Counted from the first letter of the whole stretch, positions 35,999 through 48,315 are shown. The stretch is DNA of 63,984 nucleotides, filler included, from Licmophora abbreviata (GCA_900291995.1; 12 parts of 12 records of this genome joined end to end with filler, not necessarily neighbours in it), one strand, 5' to 3'. Notes: generated from the sequence alone by a model not told the origin. Numbers and translations: made by a program.

Positions 35999-38900
35999 CT
36001 AGTTCCCCGCACCCTGCAGAAGATCGACCGGCGTCTTTCCATGGGAGTCTCGATCCGTATGAGGCACACCAGCCTTCATCAAGAGCTTCACAATGTCTTG
36101 ATTCCGTGTCTCAAACGCCCACCACATTGGACCGCGGCCATCTTTGCTACGAATGAACGCAACTGTGGGCTCCTCCTCAAGCCAAGCACCAAGCTCTTCT
36201 ACAGCGTTCGTCGATATGAGCTTCCACATAGTCGTCGTGTCTTCCGTATCCTCCCAAGTATTGTAGATCTCGTCGGGACGTGACATTCGTTCGCCGCCCT
36301 GTTCCTGCGACGCGCCATACTGCTTCTCGAAATCTTCTCGTTCGAGCTGACGGGCCTTTGCCTTGTACTTGTCAGGATTTTGAAGAGCTTCAAAGTACGC
36401 CTTCTGATACTCCTCGTCAGATTGGTCTCGATTGAAATCTTCCAACTGGGAAAAGTCTCGCTTGCCTGAAAGGATGTCTGCCAGACCTGGTGGGTACTGG
36501 CCAGGACAGAACCAACTCCCGGGAACGTCGCAAACACGGTTGGCAGGATTGGCCACCCACGCCTTGCTCTCTTCCGACACCCCTAGGATCGAGTAGATGC
36601 GGACGCGTCCATACTTGGAGCGGAACACTTCCGCCCACTTGTTGGGATCGGCCTCCACTCCGGGTTTGAGCTGGTGTCCGTGAAGACGATAGAGAAGACT
36701 ACGCTCCATCATGGGTGACGGCGTTCCTTGTCGGTCCTGCAGACAAAAGAAAGAGAGAGAGAGAGACCAACAAATGTCGGAAACAATGAATCAGTCGGGT
36801 GCGCTGGAAAGTTCACAACCACACAATTTAATGACCCACTCACCATGAAGCCAAAGCGGCGACACGTCGGATCTTCGGGACAGTGCTCGCGGTACACGCT
36901 GTTGGCGATGCGAGCAAGATGAGGGCTCTTGGCGAGATCGTCGCCTCCGCCACCTCCCCAAACCAAGACATAGTCGGCCAAGTGCCGCGCGATTTCGTAC
37001 CCTTCCTGTTCGCTCGTCGTCAGAGCCTTTCCAAGCAGCGCAATGTGTTCGTGGTTCCACGTGTTGCCGTCGGCAATCGTCGTGCGGTTTGCAATGCCCG
37101 TAATCTGGTACCCATAGTCCCACCAAGCCATGATACGAGCGTCCTCGGGAGTGTTATCTCGCAGCCACCAGTACGCCTCGCGGTAATCGTCAATCTTGAC
37201 CACCTGACCGGTCCGCGTCTGTCCTTTCTGAATAATTGTGGGGTTTGACAACTGGGTCGACAGGCGCCAGCAATAGTTTTTGAAGTTGACACCAACTGAC
37301 CAAAACAAAAAAAGCAACATCAAAGAAACTGCTCGCTTGACAATAACCCCCTCCTTGGAATCGAGTACCACCTTGACGGAGTCCTGCACGACCTGCAGCG
37401 GATTCGACGTCTTGGTCGTCGTAGTCGTGGCAGCCTTCTTCGCTTTCTTCTTCTTCGCGTCCTTGGAAGACGTCGACTTGCCGTTGGTCCCGGCGGGGGT
37501 GGCACTGCCATTGACGCTGTTGTCCGCTTCTCCGCTCCAGTCACCAAACCACTGTCTCATACACCACGCGAAGGCGTGCCCAGCGAAAATACCACCAAAT
37601 GCACTGCCGACTGGGGCTGTCAATAGAATGAGTCGTACCATCTTGTGACTGAAAAAGTATGCCGCCGTGCCCCAAGCCACGAGAAAGCTGCTTGAATCCG
37701 ACAAATGTCCAAACACGAGCAGATAGCCGAGCGGCGCGAGCGTACAGACGTGATGCAGGTACTGAAAGTAGGCATGGTTCGACGCCGGTTGATGCTCTGC
37801 GACACTGTCTACCAGCGGATTTCCGGTTTTCGTGTGCTGCACAAACAATCCGCGAACGCGGGACGAGATCGGTCCAAAATATCCGGACGGCGCCATGATC
37901 CAAATGACGGCAAGCAATCCGACCAGGCATACCGCCGATACTTGCACCCGAAGCTTCCAGGCACCGGCGCGCGTGAGACCGCGACGCTTGCGGACAATTT
38001 CGCAAAACTGCAAGACCTGGTACCCCAGGAAGACTACGCAGGGAGCCAACTGCTCGAGCGACTTGAGCGGCGCCCATCCAACAACAGGGACTTGAATGGC
38101 GAGGGACGTCCCAACAGCATAAAACAAGCAGTAGGCAGCATAGACCTTGTCGCTGAATCGTCCCATCAATACCAAGGCAGCAGCGTGCGCTCCAATCATG
38201 TTCAAGACAAAGACGTATCCACCCCACGAGGCAACCATGTAAAAGTAGGCAATGCCGGTTGGAATGCCAAACAGCCACGAGTACCTCTCGTCATTGCGCA
38301 ACGATCTTACCCAGAAGTAAAAGGTCAGACACATGGCCGATATAGCGACACTTTCATTGTCGTATCCACCGCCGACACTACGCATGAGATGCGCCGGCAC
38401 GATACTCATGAAAGCCATAGAAAAGACACCGCACTCAACGGAGGGAGAAGTGAATCCGAGTGCGAGTTGCCGCTTCTGCGGAATGGGAGGGTCCGAAGGC
38501 TTGCCTCGAACAATGTCCATGACGAAGGTGACAATGGTACTCTTTGTGTTTTGTGGAATCGAGCATTCGTAGGCGATCATTCCAACAATGGCACTGGATA
38601 GGGCCCCAAACCAAGCTGGCATGTAGCAACAGATATCATTGAGCTCCCAATTGGACAAGACGTGGTTTTTGAGCCAGACAGCCGTAAACTGCATTCCTGG
38701 GTAGATCGTGGTACCAACGGGCCGTCCCAGGGGATACCAGACCATGTGATCGAACCACGAAAAGAACTTTTTAGCTCCATTGAAGTACAAGTACTAACGG
38801 AGGGAGAGAAAGAGCGAGAGAGTAGGAACGCCATTGCAAGTTGAAAGTGTGAGTGAGGCGTGACTGTTGACTGCTAGTGAATCCATGAATAGACAGGCAG

Positions 38901-39236
38901 GCAGTCGAATACGAAAACATCGAGCGTTCAAGCCCCAAAATAGCTCGACGACAGCGGCGCGGCCGGACCAAGACTCGACGGAAATTGGAAGTTTTTTTCA
39001 TCCCCTGATCCCCAGATTGAATTTCGTAGCTCCCTTACTTCACTGGACATGAACTAACTTACTTCTGTGGCTCGCCAGTTGAAATAGGGGTCAAATTCGT
39101 GAATGACGGGCCCAAACTCTTCAATGCTCTGCAAACGAATTTGGTAGGCCCAATAGACCAAATTCATGATCACGTAGCCCGCCAGGCCCATTCCGGCCCA
39201 GCCCCAGAACGAGTCTGAGTCAGATGGAAACGCCAT
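35999..39236 (-). CDS. STT3: Oligosaccharyltransferase catalytic subunit STT3 (single-subunit-type motifs) with C-terminal ankyrin module, copy 1, about 953 aa
   Basis: Model complement(join(35999..36736,36844..38793,39063..39236)), 2862 nt in frame. IHEFDP, WYPLGR, GYDNE, SVAEHQ, WWDYG, DGNTWNHEHI, DLAKSPHLARI; ankyrin DGRGPMWWAFE...GKTPVDL. Confidence 0.95.
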
Positions 39237-39651
39237 GGTGCAAATCGAGCGCAAAAACGGAGCGAAACGGTCTCCAGGCTCGTCCAGGCGCGGGTTCGGG
39301 TAGCGGATACTTTGTGTGGTCGCTCGACAAACTTTTCCCCTCTCGTACCAGATCAATGACCTCTTTTCTACGGTAATTTTGTACTCAGCGCTACGGCGAT
39401 CCGTTGTGAAACAATGCGGCCAAAATTGCAAAAAATGGAGTCTGTAAGGCGTCCCTGTTGAAATCATAACCCGGACATGTCGAATCTTCTGAATTTGGAA
39501 CTTCGAAAGTTGAAAAATTGTTGTTGATGATGTTGTTGTTGTTGGACCATGATGGCATTACGGTGTCGAATACGGAATAGGTCGTCTGAGCTTGTTTGGA
39601 GTCCGCAATCTGTAGATTAACTCCACCCTCTTTTTACAATACTTACGCACC

Positions 39652-40883
39652 ATGCCATCACCGACCGATGAGACTCCTTCATCTAATACTAGCGGCCGTC
39701 AGGCGCTCCGCAGACGCCGCAATCAAGTGACGAGCGGCGTTCAACGCATGGAGCAAGACGAACGCAAGATGCATCGCAGTCTCAGCGCTCACCATGCCAT
39801 GTCCGCGAAAGTTTATTTTATGGGATTCAGCGTCATGCTGCTGCTCATTCTTTCTCTAGCACTGTACATGGAACCTAGAATCTGGACTGTATTTTGGAAG
39901 AGAAGGAGACGAAACAAAGATGGTGGCACAGGCTCGGCTCAGAAATTGAACAAGAACAAACAGTGGAGACTCGTGTCGGTGTTCCCGGATAACGTGTCGC
40001 CCATAAGAGACCTGCCGCTCGTCGTAGGAAGCTATGCGATTAAAACGCCTCAAAATGAGCCAGCACGAGAAGCAATCAAGTATTTTCATCAACAGCGACA
40101 AACACTCCGGAGCCGTGCTTACAAGCTAGTCTGGAGCGTGATGGAACAGACCGATTTCGAGTGGTTTGCCCAGAGGTCGCGAGGAAACAATGCCTGTGGG
40201 CAAGACTTTGCAGATATCTATAGTGTATCGTCGACGTTTGTGAAGCGCGATCTTGTCTTTTCGTGCTGGCTGCAGTCCAAGAGGATTCAGGGTGTATTGC
40301 CATTTGGAGTGGAGTTTCATCGAGCGATACCCTCGTCGTACGACAATCTGGCCGTGCAGTACTACTCAGAAGATATCGAGGACGAAAATGAACTTGGTTC
40401 TCGTGCTATGATGTCGTCCCTATTGCTTATCAATGATCCATCGCATTCGAAGGTGGCATCTCACTGGTACGACTGGTTAGTGACCGAGAGTCGTGCTGGT
40501 CAAATGGGAGACGACGAAGGTGCTTATCGAGAAAAACTCGATCGAAAACTGCATGAGTGGATTCGTGGGGAAACATCATCGCCTACCACTCAATGGAATA
40601 TACTTGACGCTGTGTGCGACGACGACAGAATTGGCTATAATGTGTCGAATCGAAGGTGCGTATCGCGCGGAGAATGGCCTTAACACTGGGATGTTGTCTC
40701 ACCTCGCTTACATGCTGCGAACCTGTCAACAGGATGCTAGCTACGCTCTGTTCACCCGATAGCATACAGTGTTGTGACATTTGGGACCTGACACGGGCTA
40801 AGAGTTGGACAGAAGAATCGGTCTGGGAGAGTTTGGGCAAACGAGACGTCGACGAGGTGTCGTCCCTTCGGCGGCGCAGGTGA
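39652..40883 (+). CDS. Type II membrane protein, possibly degenerate glycosyltransferase-like
   Basis: Model join(39652..40655,40733..40883), in frame; single N-terminal TM (FMGFSVMLLLILSLALYM) followed by a basic stretch and a luminal domain with C-terminal Cys cluster. Confidence 0.65.
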
Positions 40884-40979
40884 TCAGACTATTTTTATAA
40901 GCGAAACGCGTAACGTATAATTGATTCCAAAAAAGCATGGAATGTATAGCATGACTGCGATGTTTGATGATGCGACGTG

Positions 40980-42641
40980 CTATTTAGATGAAGCTTGCAC
41001 CCAGGGAGCGGGAATACTCTCGAGAACGACTCCCTGAAGATTGGTCGTGGCGACACGCTGCGAGAAAATCTGCGCCGACGATAAGCGCTGCTTCTTAACA
41101 AGTACGAGACCTTCGTCGTCGGCAGCCAAGACACGTAAATCGTGAGATTTCTTCTTGATGTCCCACTCAATGGCGGTCCGGATTCGATTCTTCCCACAGA
41201 AAAAGTCAAACGCATTCGCCTTGAAGGGATCGGGTGCCCACCACGGGGCTTCCAATCGTGCCGGCTCATCTTGCAAGATGCGGGACGGGACAGCGGGGGA
41301 GCACAAGCCATCCATAATGGAGAGCGGCGACAGTAAGGGTGGTATGAGGAGAGTTGCGATGACTGTCGCCAACACGGCGCCAACCGACAACGCCAACGAA
41401 AGCGAGCGCTTCGCCGTTTCCGAAGCTTTCGGGAAATCAAGAATCTCCACTGAGTTGACGGCCTCATTCTGCCCTGGAGATGGGCTGACAGAGCCGACGG
41501 ATCTGTTTGGGGTTGGAGTTGAGCTGTCCCATCCACGAAAGAGTGGCACTTGCTTCGTCGCCGTCGCTGGTAATTTCAAATGCGGCTCGACGGCCTTCGT
41601 CGTTGACTCCACCGTTGATCCGTCGCTTGTCATTTCCGAGAGAGATTTCTCCACTTGAGGTGGCGAATTGCCTGCTTGAACGACTGATTCCTCTTCTTTC
41701 TCTGTTTCGTTCCACGTACGAAACGCTGTCGCCCCTTCCTCAACGGGCGACTGCGGAGCAGTCTCGGTTGTCACCCTAGTGTCCTTTGGCGGCCTGCTGT
41801 CCGCGACTTCTTCCGCGGTGAACGAATCCAATCGTCTCTCGGAGCCACCGCCTTCCTCGTACTCCATATTAGGCTGGGCGGAGTCAGTGTCAACCGATCG
41901 ATCTTGGACCGGGCTCGGATGGTCCCAGCCACGAAAAAGATGAATCTCTTCTTTCTTGGTCGGAGAAGGCAAAGTGGAAATGGTTCCGCTACTAGTCTTT
42001 TCTGTGAAGGATCCCGTGGCCTTCTCAGAATCCTCCGAGCTGCTTTCAAATATAAGTAGCTCCTCTTGGTCTCTATCTTGTTCGTCCGCTTTTGTATGAA
42101 GCAGGTCCGGAGTTTGCTCGGCGTTTGTTTGTTCAGTCTTTTCCGATCCACTTTCATCGACGACAGCTCCCGACGGCTGCTGCTCCCGACTGACAGCTTC
42201 CGCCGGCTCATGCGCTACGTCCGAAGGAGGGGTGTTCTTTTCGTTGTGCATGGCATTATCGGCCCACTTTTGTACGTTTGCTAAACGGTCCTGAAAGGCC
42301 TTGGCGCGTGCTTCTTTTCTTGCGTGATCCTTTCGCTCCCATGCCGCCAAGATGAGTTCTGGATCGCATCGCCAGTAGTATCTCTGCCAGAAATCTTCGT
42401 AAGATACGACTTTTGTGGACACGAGCTGGGCATAGTGCGCCTGTAGCTGCTCGTTGTTCTGTAGCAGCAACTGGATTTCGCCCTGTTTGGAGTAAATGGT
42501 ATGATAGAAGTCGGTCAAGAAGGCCATCATGGCCGGGCGGTCCTGCGCTTCGACGTGGATCGGTTCGGTGAACGTGGCAGACTGATTCATACGTCGCACG
42601 GCCTCCAGACTAGCACGTTGCCGTTTCAATGAGCTAAACAT
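40980..42641 (-). CDS. BSD-domain protein with disordered linker and C-terminal TM segment
   Basis: LLLQNNEQLQAHYAQLVSTKVVSYEDFWQRYYWR matches the BSD FW motif; TM LSLALSVGAVLATVIATLLIP. Confidence 0.75.
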   Translation of the reverse strand: MFSSLKRQRASLEAVRRMNQSATFTEPIHVEAQDRPAMMAFLTDFYHTIYSKQGEIQLLLQNNEQLQAHYAQLVSTKVVSYEDFWQRYYWRCDPELILAAWERKDHARKEARAKAFQDRLANVQKWADNAMHNEKNTPPSDVAHEPAEAVSREQQPSGAVVDESGSEKTEQTNAEQTPDLLHTKADEQDRDQEELLIFESSSEDSEKATGSFTEKTSSGTISTLPSPTKKEEIHLFRGWDHPSPVQDRSVDTDSAQPNMEYEEGGGSERRLDSFTAEEVADSRPPKDTRVTTETAPQSPVEEGATAFRTWNETEKEEESVVQAGNSPPQVEKSLSEMTSDGSTVESTTKAVEPHLKLPATATKQVPLFRGWDSSTPTPNRSVGSVSPSPGQNEAVNSVEILDFPKASETAKRSLSLALSVGAVLATVIATLLIPPLLSPLSIMDGLCSPAVPSRILQDEPARLEAPWWAPDPFKANAFDFFCGKNRIRTAIEWDIKKKSHDLRVLAADDEGLVLVKKQRLSSAQIFSQRVATTNLQGVVLESIPAPWVQASSK

Positions 42642-42965
42642 GGCTGCTTTGGGTCTCCCGATACGGCAGGGGGGGAAAGAGAAGCCACCAGGGTGTCCAG
42701 TGCGCTAGTCTAGCGTCCACTGGCGACGCCGCATGCCGCATGAGTGGCAGCGGGCAGCTGTCAACGCGTTCATGGGCGGTGCGGGGATGGCAGGCGCCAT
42801 CTTTCAACTTTCGTCGACAACCGGAGCTCGTGCTTGATTGTGCGTCGTATTGTCGTATTGCTTGAAGCCACTCTACTAGCAACGCGAACGCTCTGTGATT
42901 CAACTAGCGATCTATGACATATAGTACCAGGTATCGGTAGGCAGTTTAAAAACTACAGCGCTTCG

Positions 42966-45900
42966 CTACTTTTGACTGAGGTCGAGTGGAGAGATGCCAT
43001 TGATGTCTTTGAGAGTCTCGCTCACGCCGACCATCTTGAGCAGCTTGATGATCTGCGTTCGACCATACTCGTGAGCCCACCACATTGGACCACGGCCGTC
43101 CTCGCTTCGTATGTGTGCTACTTCGGGGACCTTTATCAGCATGTCGCGCAGCGATCGTGTGTCACCTTCGTGGATGACTTGCCACATAGCCGTCGTCATT
43201 TCGTTGTTCTCCCATTGAGAGTTGATCTCGTCGATCTCTTCCTTCGAAAGCTTTCGAATCTTCGGTTTCCGTTGCGGCGCTCCATTTTCCGGCTCGTAAT
43301 GACCTGAATGGCCCCTTTCGTACGGAAGGTCGGTTACAATGAATGTGAACAGTCAAGTTAAGTCTCAGAGCCATTCAATGGGTATCGCGTGTCAAAAGAC
43401 TTGCAAACAACTTACTTCTCGAGGTTCTCCAAGTATTGACGTTGATACTCGGAGTCATCTTCTCCTTTGATATTGAAATCTTCCAGCTGTTTGAAGTCCT
43501 TCTTCTCTTTGAGAATTTTCTGCAACGCCGGCGGATACTGGCCTCGGCAGAACCAACTGCCTTCGGCATCGCATATCCGATTGGCGGGATCTGCAACCCA
43601 GGCCTTGCTCTCCTTTGAGACACTCAGAATCTTGTAAATGCGAACCTTTCCATACTGCGTCTGATAGACAAGGCGGAAACTATACGGCAGTCATGCGGGG
43701 CACAGGTGATGAGCGACGATTGCATGTATCATGACAACCTCGAATATTCATGCGACCACAAAATCATCCTTACCGGTTCTTGTCGACTTGTACGTTCTCG
43801 TCAAGTTGGTGACGGTTCAACTTGTAAAGCAAACTGGCTTCCATCATTGGCGTTGGACGACCGTCAGGCTGCAGATGGACGTTGTTAGGTGAGAAAAGGC
43901 AGGCTGAGTCGACACAGAATAGTTCAAAGAGACCAAATCACTCGTATCGTACGCACCATGAATCCAAAACGACGACACGTGGGATCGCCAGGACAAATAT
44001 TGCGGTAGACGCTGTTGGCAATCCTAGCTAAATGGGGGCTTTTGGCGAGATCGTCGCCTCCGCCGCCCGTCCACGTGAGAATGTAGTCCGCAAGGTGGCG
44101 TGCAATCCGATGGGCATCCTTCTCTGGGGACGTCAGAGTACGACCGAGAAGCGCAATGTGTTCGTGATTCCACGTGTTGCCGTCGGCAATGGTCGTGCGA
44201 TTCGCAATGCCCGTAATCTGGTACCCATAGTCCCACCAAGCCATGATACGAGCGTCCTCAGGAGTGTTGTCTCGCAGCCACCAGTATGCATCACGGTAAT
44301 CGTCAATCATGACTTCTTCGTTGTCGGTTCTGCGGACGGCCTTCTGAATGATGGTAGGATGTGACATGTCTTTTGCCATACGATGTGAGAGAGAGTAAAA
44401 CTCCATTGCGTATGGCTGCATAAAGAAAACGAGATAGACGGAGGCAGCAAGTCGAATCAAACGTACGAGAATCGGATCTCCACTCGCAATAGGTTCTTGT
44501 TCCTTGACCGTTTCTCCATTCGGTGCCTTCTTCTTCTTAGATGTCTTCTTTGTGGGGGATTCCTTCTTCTCCTCGTCGCCTGACGCTTTGGTCGTTTCTC
44601 GGTTTTCTTCAAATAGGTCCGTTGGGCTCGGCAATTCACGCATGACGCTTCCGAGACACCACTGCCCAGGCATGACCAAGAGCGATCCCACCAAGCACCG
44701 ACGCGATCGGCGCCGTCAGCAGGATGAGTCGGACCATTCGATGGCTGAAAAAGTATGCCGTGACGCCGTACACGAGTAAAAAGCTGCTCGAGTCGTTCAT
44801 GTAGAGGAACGCCACCAAGGCAAATCCCACCGGGGCAAGGAAGCAGACGTATTGGAGGTACTGAAAGTATGCCTGACTGGAAGCTGGCTGGTGCTCGGCG
44901 ACACTATCGACCAGCGGGTTTCCCGTTTTGGTGTGTGTCACAAACAGTCCTCGAACACGAGACGAGATCGGTCCAAAGTACCCGGTGGGTGCCAAGGCCA
45001 ATACAAATGCGGCTCCAACCGCCGCAGCAACGCCAAAGACCATGACCCGCAACTTCCAAGTCTCCATTGGGTTGAGATTCCGTCGTCGCTTGATGATTTC
45101 GCAAACTTCAATCAACTGAAAGCAGACGAACGCGAGCAACGGTCCCATCTGTTCCAATGACCGGAGCGGCGTCAATCCAACCACTGGGACTTGAATCGCA
45201 AGAGCCGTACCGACGACATAGAACAATGTGTAGGCACGATGCAGCTTGGACGAGTAGCGACCCAAGAGTACAAGAATGGTGGCATGGATACCAATGAGAT
45301 TCAGAACAAACACATATCCACCCCACGCTGCCACCATGTAGAAGTATCCTAGTCCTGCGATCACGCCCCATAGATAGTTCGGCGCGTCTCCTCGAAGACT
45401 GCGCGTCCAAGCGAAGAAGGTAAAGGCCATGGCGGTCGTGGCCACACTTTCATTGTCGTAGCCCCCTCCGACACTGCGCATAATATGCGCCGGGACGATA
45501 CTCATGATGGCAGCGGCAAAGACAGCGCACTCGATTGCGGGATGTTTGGTCTTGTGAGGCACCAGCCCCCAAGAAGAGCCCGTAAGTTTGGTCAAGACAG
45601 CGAGGAAGGCCTGAAGGACAGGCACGAGGACGCGCTGGTAGATGACACTAAGAATGGGGATGTCGTTGAGAATGGATCCGAAGTTCTGTTTCCCCGACGC
45701 ACACTCGTAGGCGAGCGCCGCGGTGCACAGCGTGGCGATGGCTCCGTACCAGGCAGGGACGAAGCAGCAAATATCATTGATAGACCAGCTGGGCAAGAGG
45801 AACTTTTTGATGAGCACAGCCGAGACCTGCATACCTGGATAGATTGTAGTTCCGACGGGGCGCCCGAGAGGATACCAGCTCATATAATCGAACCAGGCAA

Positions 45901-46120
45901 CGAAGTCGTCCCATCCATGTTCCCAAAGATACTCGGTGGCGCGGTAGTTAAAGTACGGATCGAATTCGTGAATGACACGGCCAAACTCGTTGATGGCGTA
46001 CATGCGAATCGAATAGGCTTCTTGGAGGATCCGTAAGAGCAAATGGATAAAACTGACCGAGTACAGAGCCACAAATATAGGCCAGAGCCCCGACGACGGC
46101 GACGATGACTGGGAAGTCAT
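42966..46120 (-). CDS. STT3: STT3 with C-terminal ankyrin module, copy 2 (one apparent +1 frameshift, probably a homopolymer error), about 956 aa
   Basis: Model complement(join(42966..43314,43416..43679,43774..43868,43957..46120)); in frame after removing one base of the CCC run at 44665-44667. The last acceptor (AAG at 43315) is less certain. Same catalytic motifs as copy 1; ankyrin DGRGPMWWAHEYG...GISPLDL. Confidence 0.88.
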
Positions 46121-46643
46121 TCTTGCCGTTTTCTCAGTTTTCCTCTCGTTTTACCAGAGCCACAGACACAGTAGGTCACCAGTTGGTCACCAGATTGTCA
46201 AACTTGGGTGTGGAATGTCTCTGAATGTCTGAAACGGCCGCTCGATCGAAAGAACAAGACCAGACGAGAAGCAATGTACCCCGGCGATCTGGTACCTCCT
46301 ACCGGTCGGTATCATACCTTCGAGTGTGTGAGAGCCACGAAAAAAATGCGCGAAAGATTCGATTCTTCACGCGATTTGGCTTACCCAGGACGACTGATTC
46401 GATTCATTCGACCTGACCTCGTGAGAGTCGAATGAATCGTTCGAACCGTTGACCCGACTGACTCGACTCGGCTCAGAGAAGAGGGGANNNNNNNNNNNNN
46501 NNNNNNNNNNNNNNNNNNNNNNNNNNNNNNNTTAATTAATTAANNNNNNNNNNNNNNNNNNNNNNNNNNNNNNNNNNNNNNNNNNNNTTCTCGGTCGATC
46601 GCCGGGATGCGTCGGATTCTTGTTTTCCCGCAGCGGTGTGGCC

Positions 46644-47441
46644 ATGCGAGTATTAACAACGCTCCCGTGTTCATGCTCGATGCCTGGTGTCGCCACTGAC
46701 ATGCACGACCCAAACGGAAGACTACATCGCTTACGAGCAGTGCCTTCCGTACGTTCGTCGAAGACGTTTGTCGCTCCCCGATCCCTATCTCTCTTCGCGA
46801 GCGATGGCCTTCAAAACCCGCGAGTGCGACAGCGCAGGGTTTCGTGCTCACAATCAGGGGACTCCAGTGGGGAATATTCATTGAAACCGTCGATTCATGT
46901 AAGGATCGAAAGGGTTTCTGATAGAAGCCGGGCGTTAGATGTCCTCGTCTTTCGGCAGTGGAGCGTGTCTGCCAAGGAACACGCAAGACAGAACAATACT
47001 GACACGGATGACGCCGTTCGCTTCCTCACCAAGTCGTACGATGACCAAGGTCAGGACATGACAATTCTCGGAGACGAGCCTCTTATTCGCTTTGTTGCCG
47101 TTGTATCATCCGATGCCGACGAGTTCGAACATACGCATGGTGTCGTGGGATCCGTCGACGCTCGAGTCCGACGCGCTACGCCGGATCATGTCTATCTGCA
47201 GAACCTTAGAGTCGATGGCCGTACGCGTCGACAGGGTATCGGGGCAGCGTTGCTGCGTGTTGTTCAGGAATATGCGATCGAATCGTTACCGAGACCAATG
47301 ATTGTGTTGCATCGTGACCCAGAAAATAATGGAGCTGCGAGACTCTACGAGCACATGGGATTCAAGTCAGATGGTAGTCATCTGGTTGGGCAAATGACTT
47401 GGACCATGCATGGCGACAAGGGTGTAGGCGTTTCTTGCTAG
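46644..47441 (+). CDS. GNAT-family N-acetyltransferase with N-terminal extension
   Basis: YLQNLRVDGRTRRQGIGAALL (motif A) and NNGAARLYEHMGF (motif B). Confidence 0.85.
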   Translation: MRVLTTLPCSCSMPGVATDMHDPNGRLHRLRAVPSVRSSKTFVAPRSLSLFASDGLQNPRVRQRRVSCSQSGDSSGEYSLKPSIHVRIERVSDRSRALDVLVFRQWSVSAKEHARQNNTDTDDAVRFLTKSYDDQGQDMTILGDEPLIRFVAVVSSDADEFEHTHGVVGSVDARVRRATPDHVYLQNLRVDGRTRRQGIGAALLRVVQEYAIESLPRPMIVLHRDPENNGAARLYEHMGFKSDGSHLVGQMTWTMHGDKGVGVSC

Positions 47442-48315
47442 GGTTGCCAGTGGTCGTCAACCTGCGCTGGACGCAGAAACAACTACCTTAACGATAGCAC
47501 AAATATCTATGTGTTGTGTGATTCGTCTGGTTTACAGTATTCATTATGATTCGAGAATGGCGCCGAAGCCCTATCGTGGCGATTCGAAATCATGTGACGT
47601 TTCAAACTGTAGATTAACAATAGGGGGAATAGAACGCGACCCAGAGAAACGGCATTAAAATGACATCACTGGTATTTGCTGCTGATGATGGCTTGCGTGC
47701 AGCGTGGGGTTCAAATCGTCATCGGTTCGAAGGATTGGTGCACTCGCTCGGGCCAAGTGTTCATTACGGAAATCAGCTAGATCATCCTCATTATTTGCCT
47801 CAATTGCAAGTGCGAGGATTATCTCCCATTCCGAAATGCACTCCGTGTGGTTATCGGTCGTCTCGTTTGACATTATCCGCGGGGAAAGACATGTATTGGC
47901 AGTAAAGCTGTTACATGTAACGTTGTAACGTTCGCCTGATAGTTTAGTACGGCCGCAACGCACAAATGGCCCTGGGAAAGATAGAGCAACACAACGACAA
48001 TGGCACATGAGCGTTGATAGAGTCACCCCAGAGTCACAGCAAGCATGCACAGTGTCTTCTAGGGTTAGTCATAGCAGCTGTCGTCAGGCAGAAGGGGACA
48101 GCTCAAGGCATCGAACGGGGTGCAAGAACCGTCTTCTGACTGAATGCCCGCACAACCAGACCGCGGAGCAGGGGTACATGAATATGGGGTGTCGCACGGT
48201 CGTAGCGCGCTGTTANNNNNNNNNNNNNNNNNNNNNNNNNNNNNNNNNNNNNNNNNNNNTTAATTAATTAANNNNNNNNNNNNNNNNNNNNNNNNNNNNN
48301 NNNNNNNNNNNNNNN

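Noticed and set aside
36709..36843. Apparent stop of STT3 copy 1 followed by a separate ankyrin gene (35999..36712)
   Set aside because: A canonical 107-nt intron joins them in frame, at the same position as in copy 2.
37705..38601. 298-aa + strand ORF, and similar ones at 45485..46036, 54637..55461, 58828..59574 and 31529..32179
   Set aside because: Antisense to well-supported conserved genes; typical of codon-biased shadows.
47655..48215. Short ORFs after the GNAT gene
   Set aside because: No motif or splice support; cannot distinguish from chance ORFs or transposon flank.
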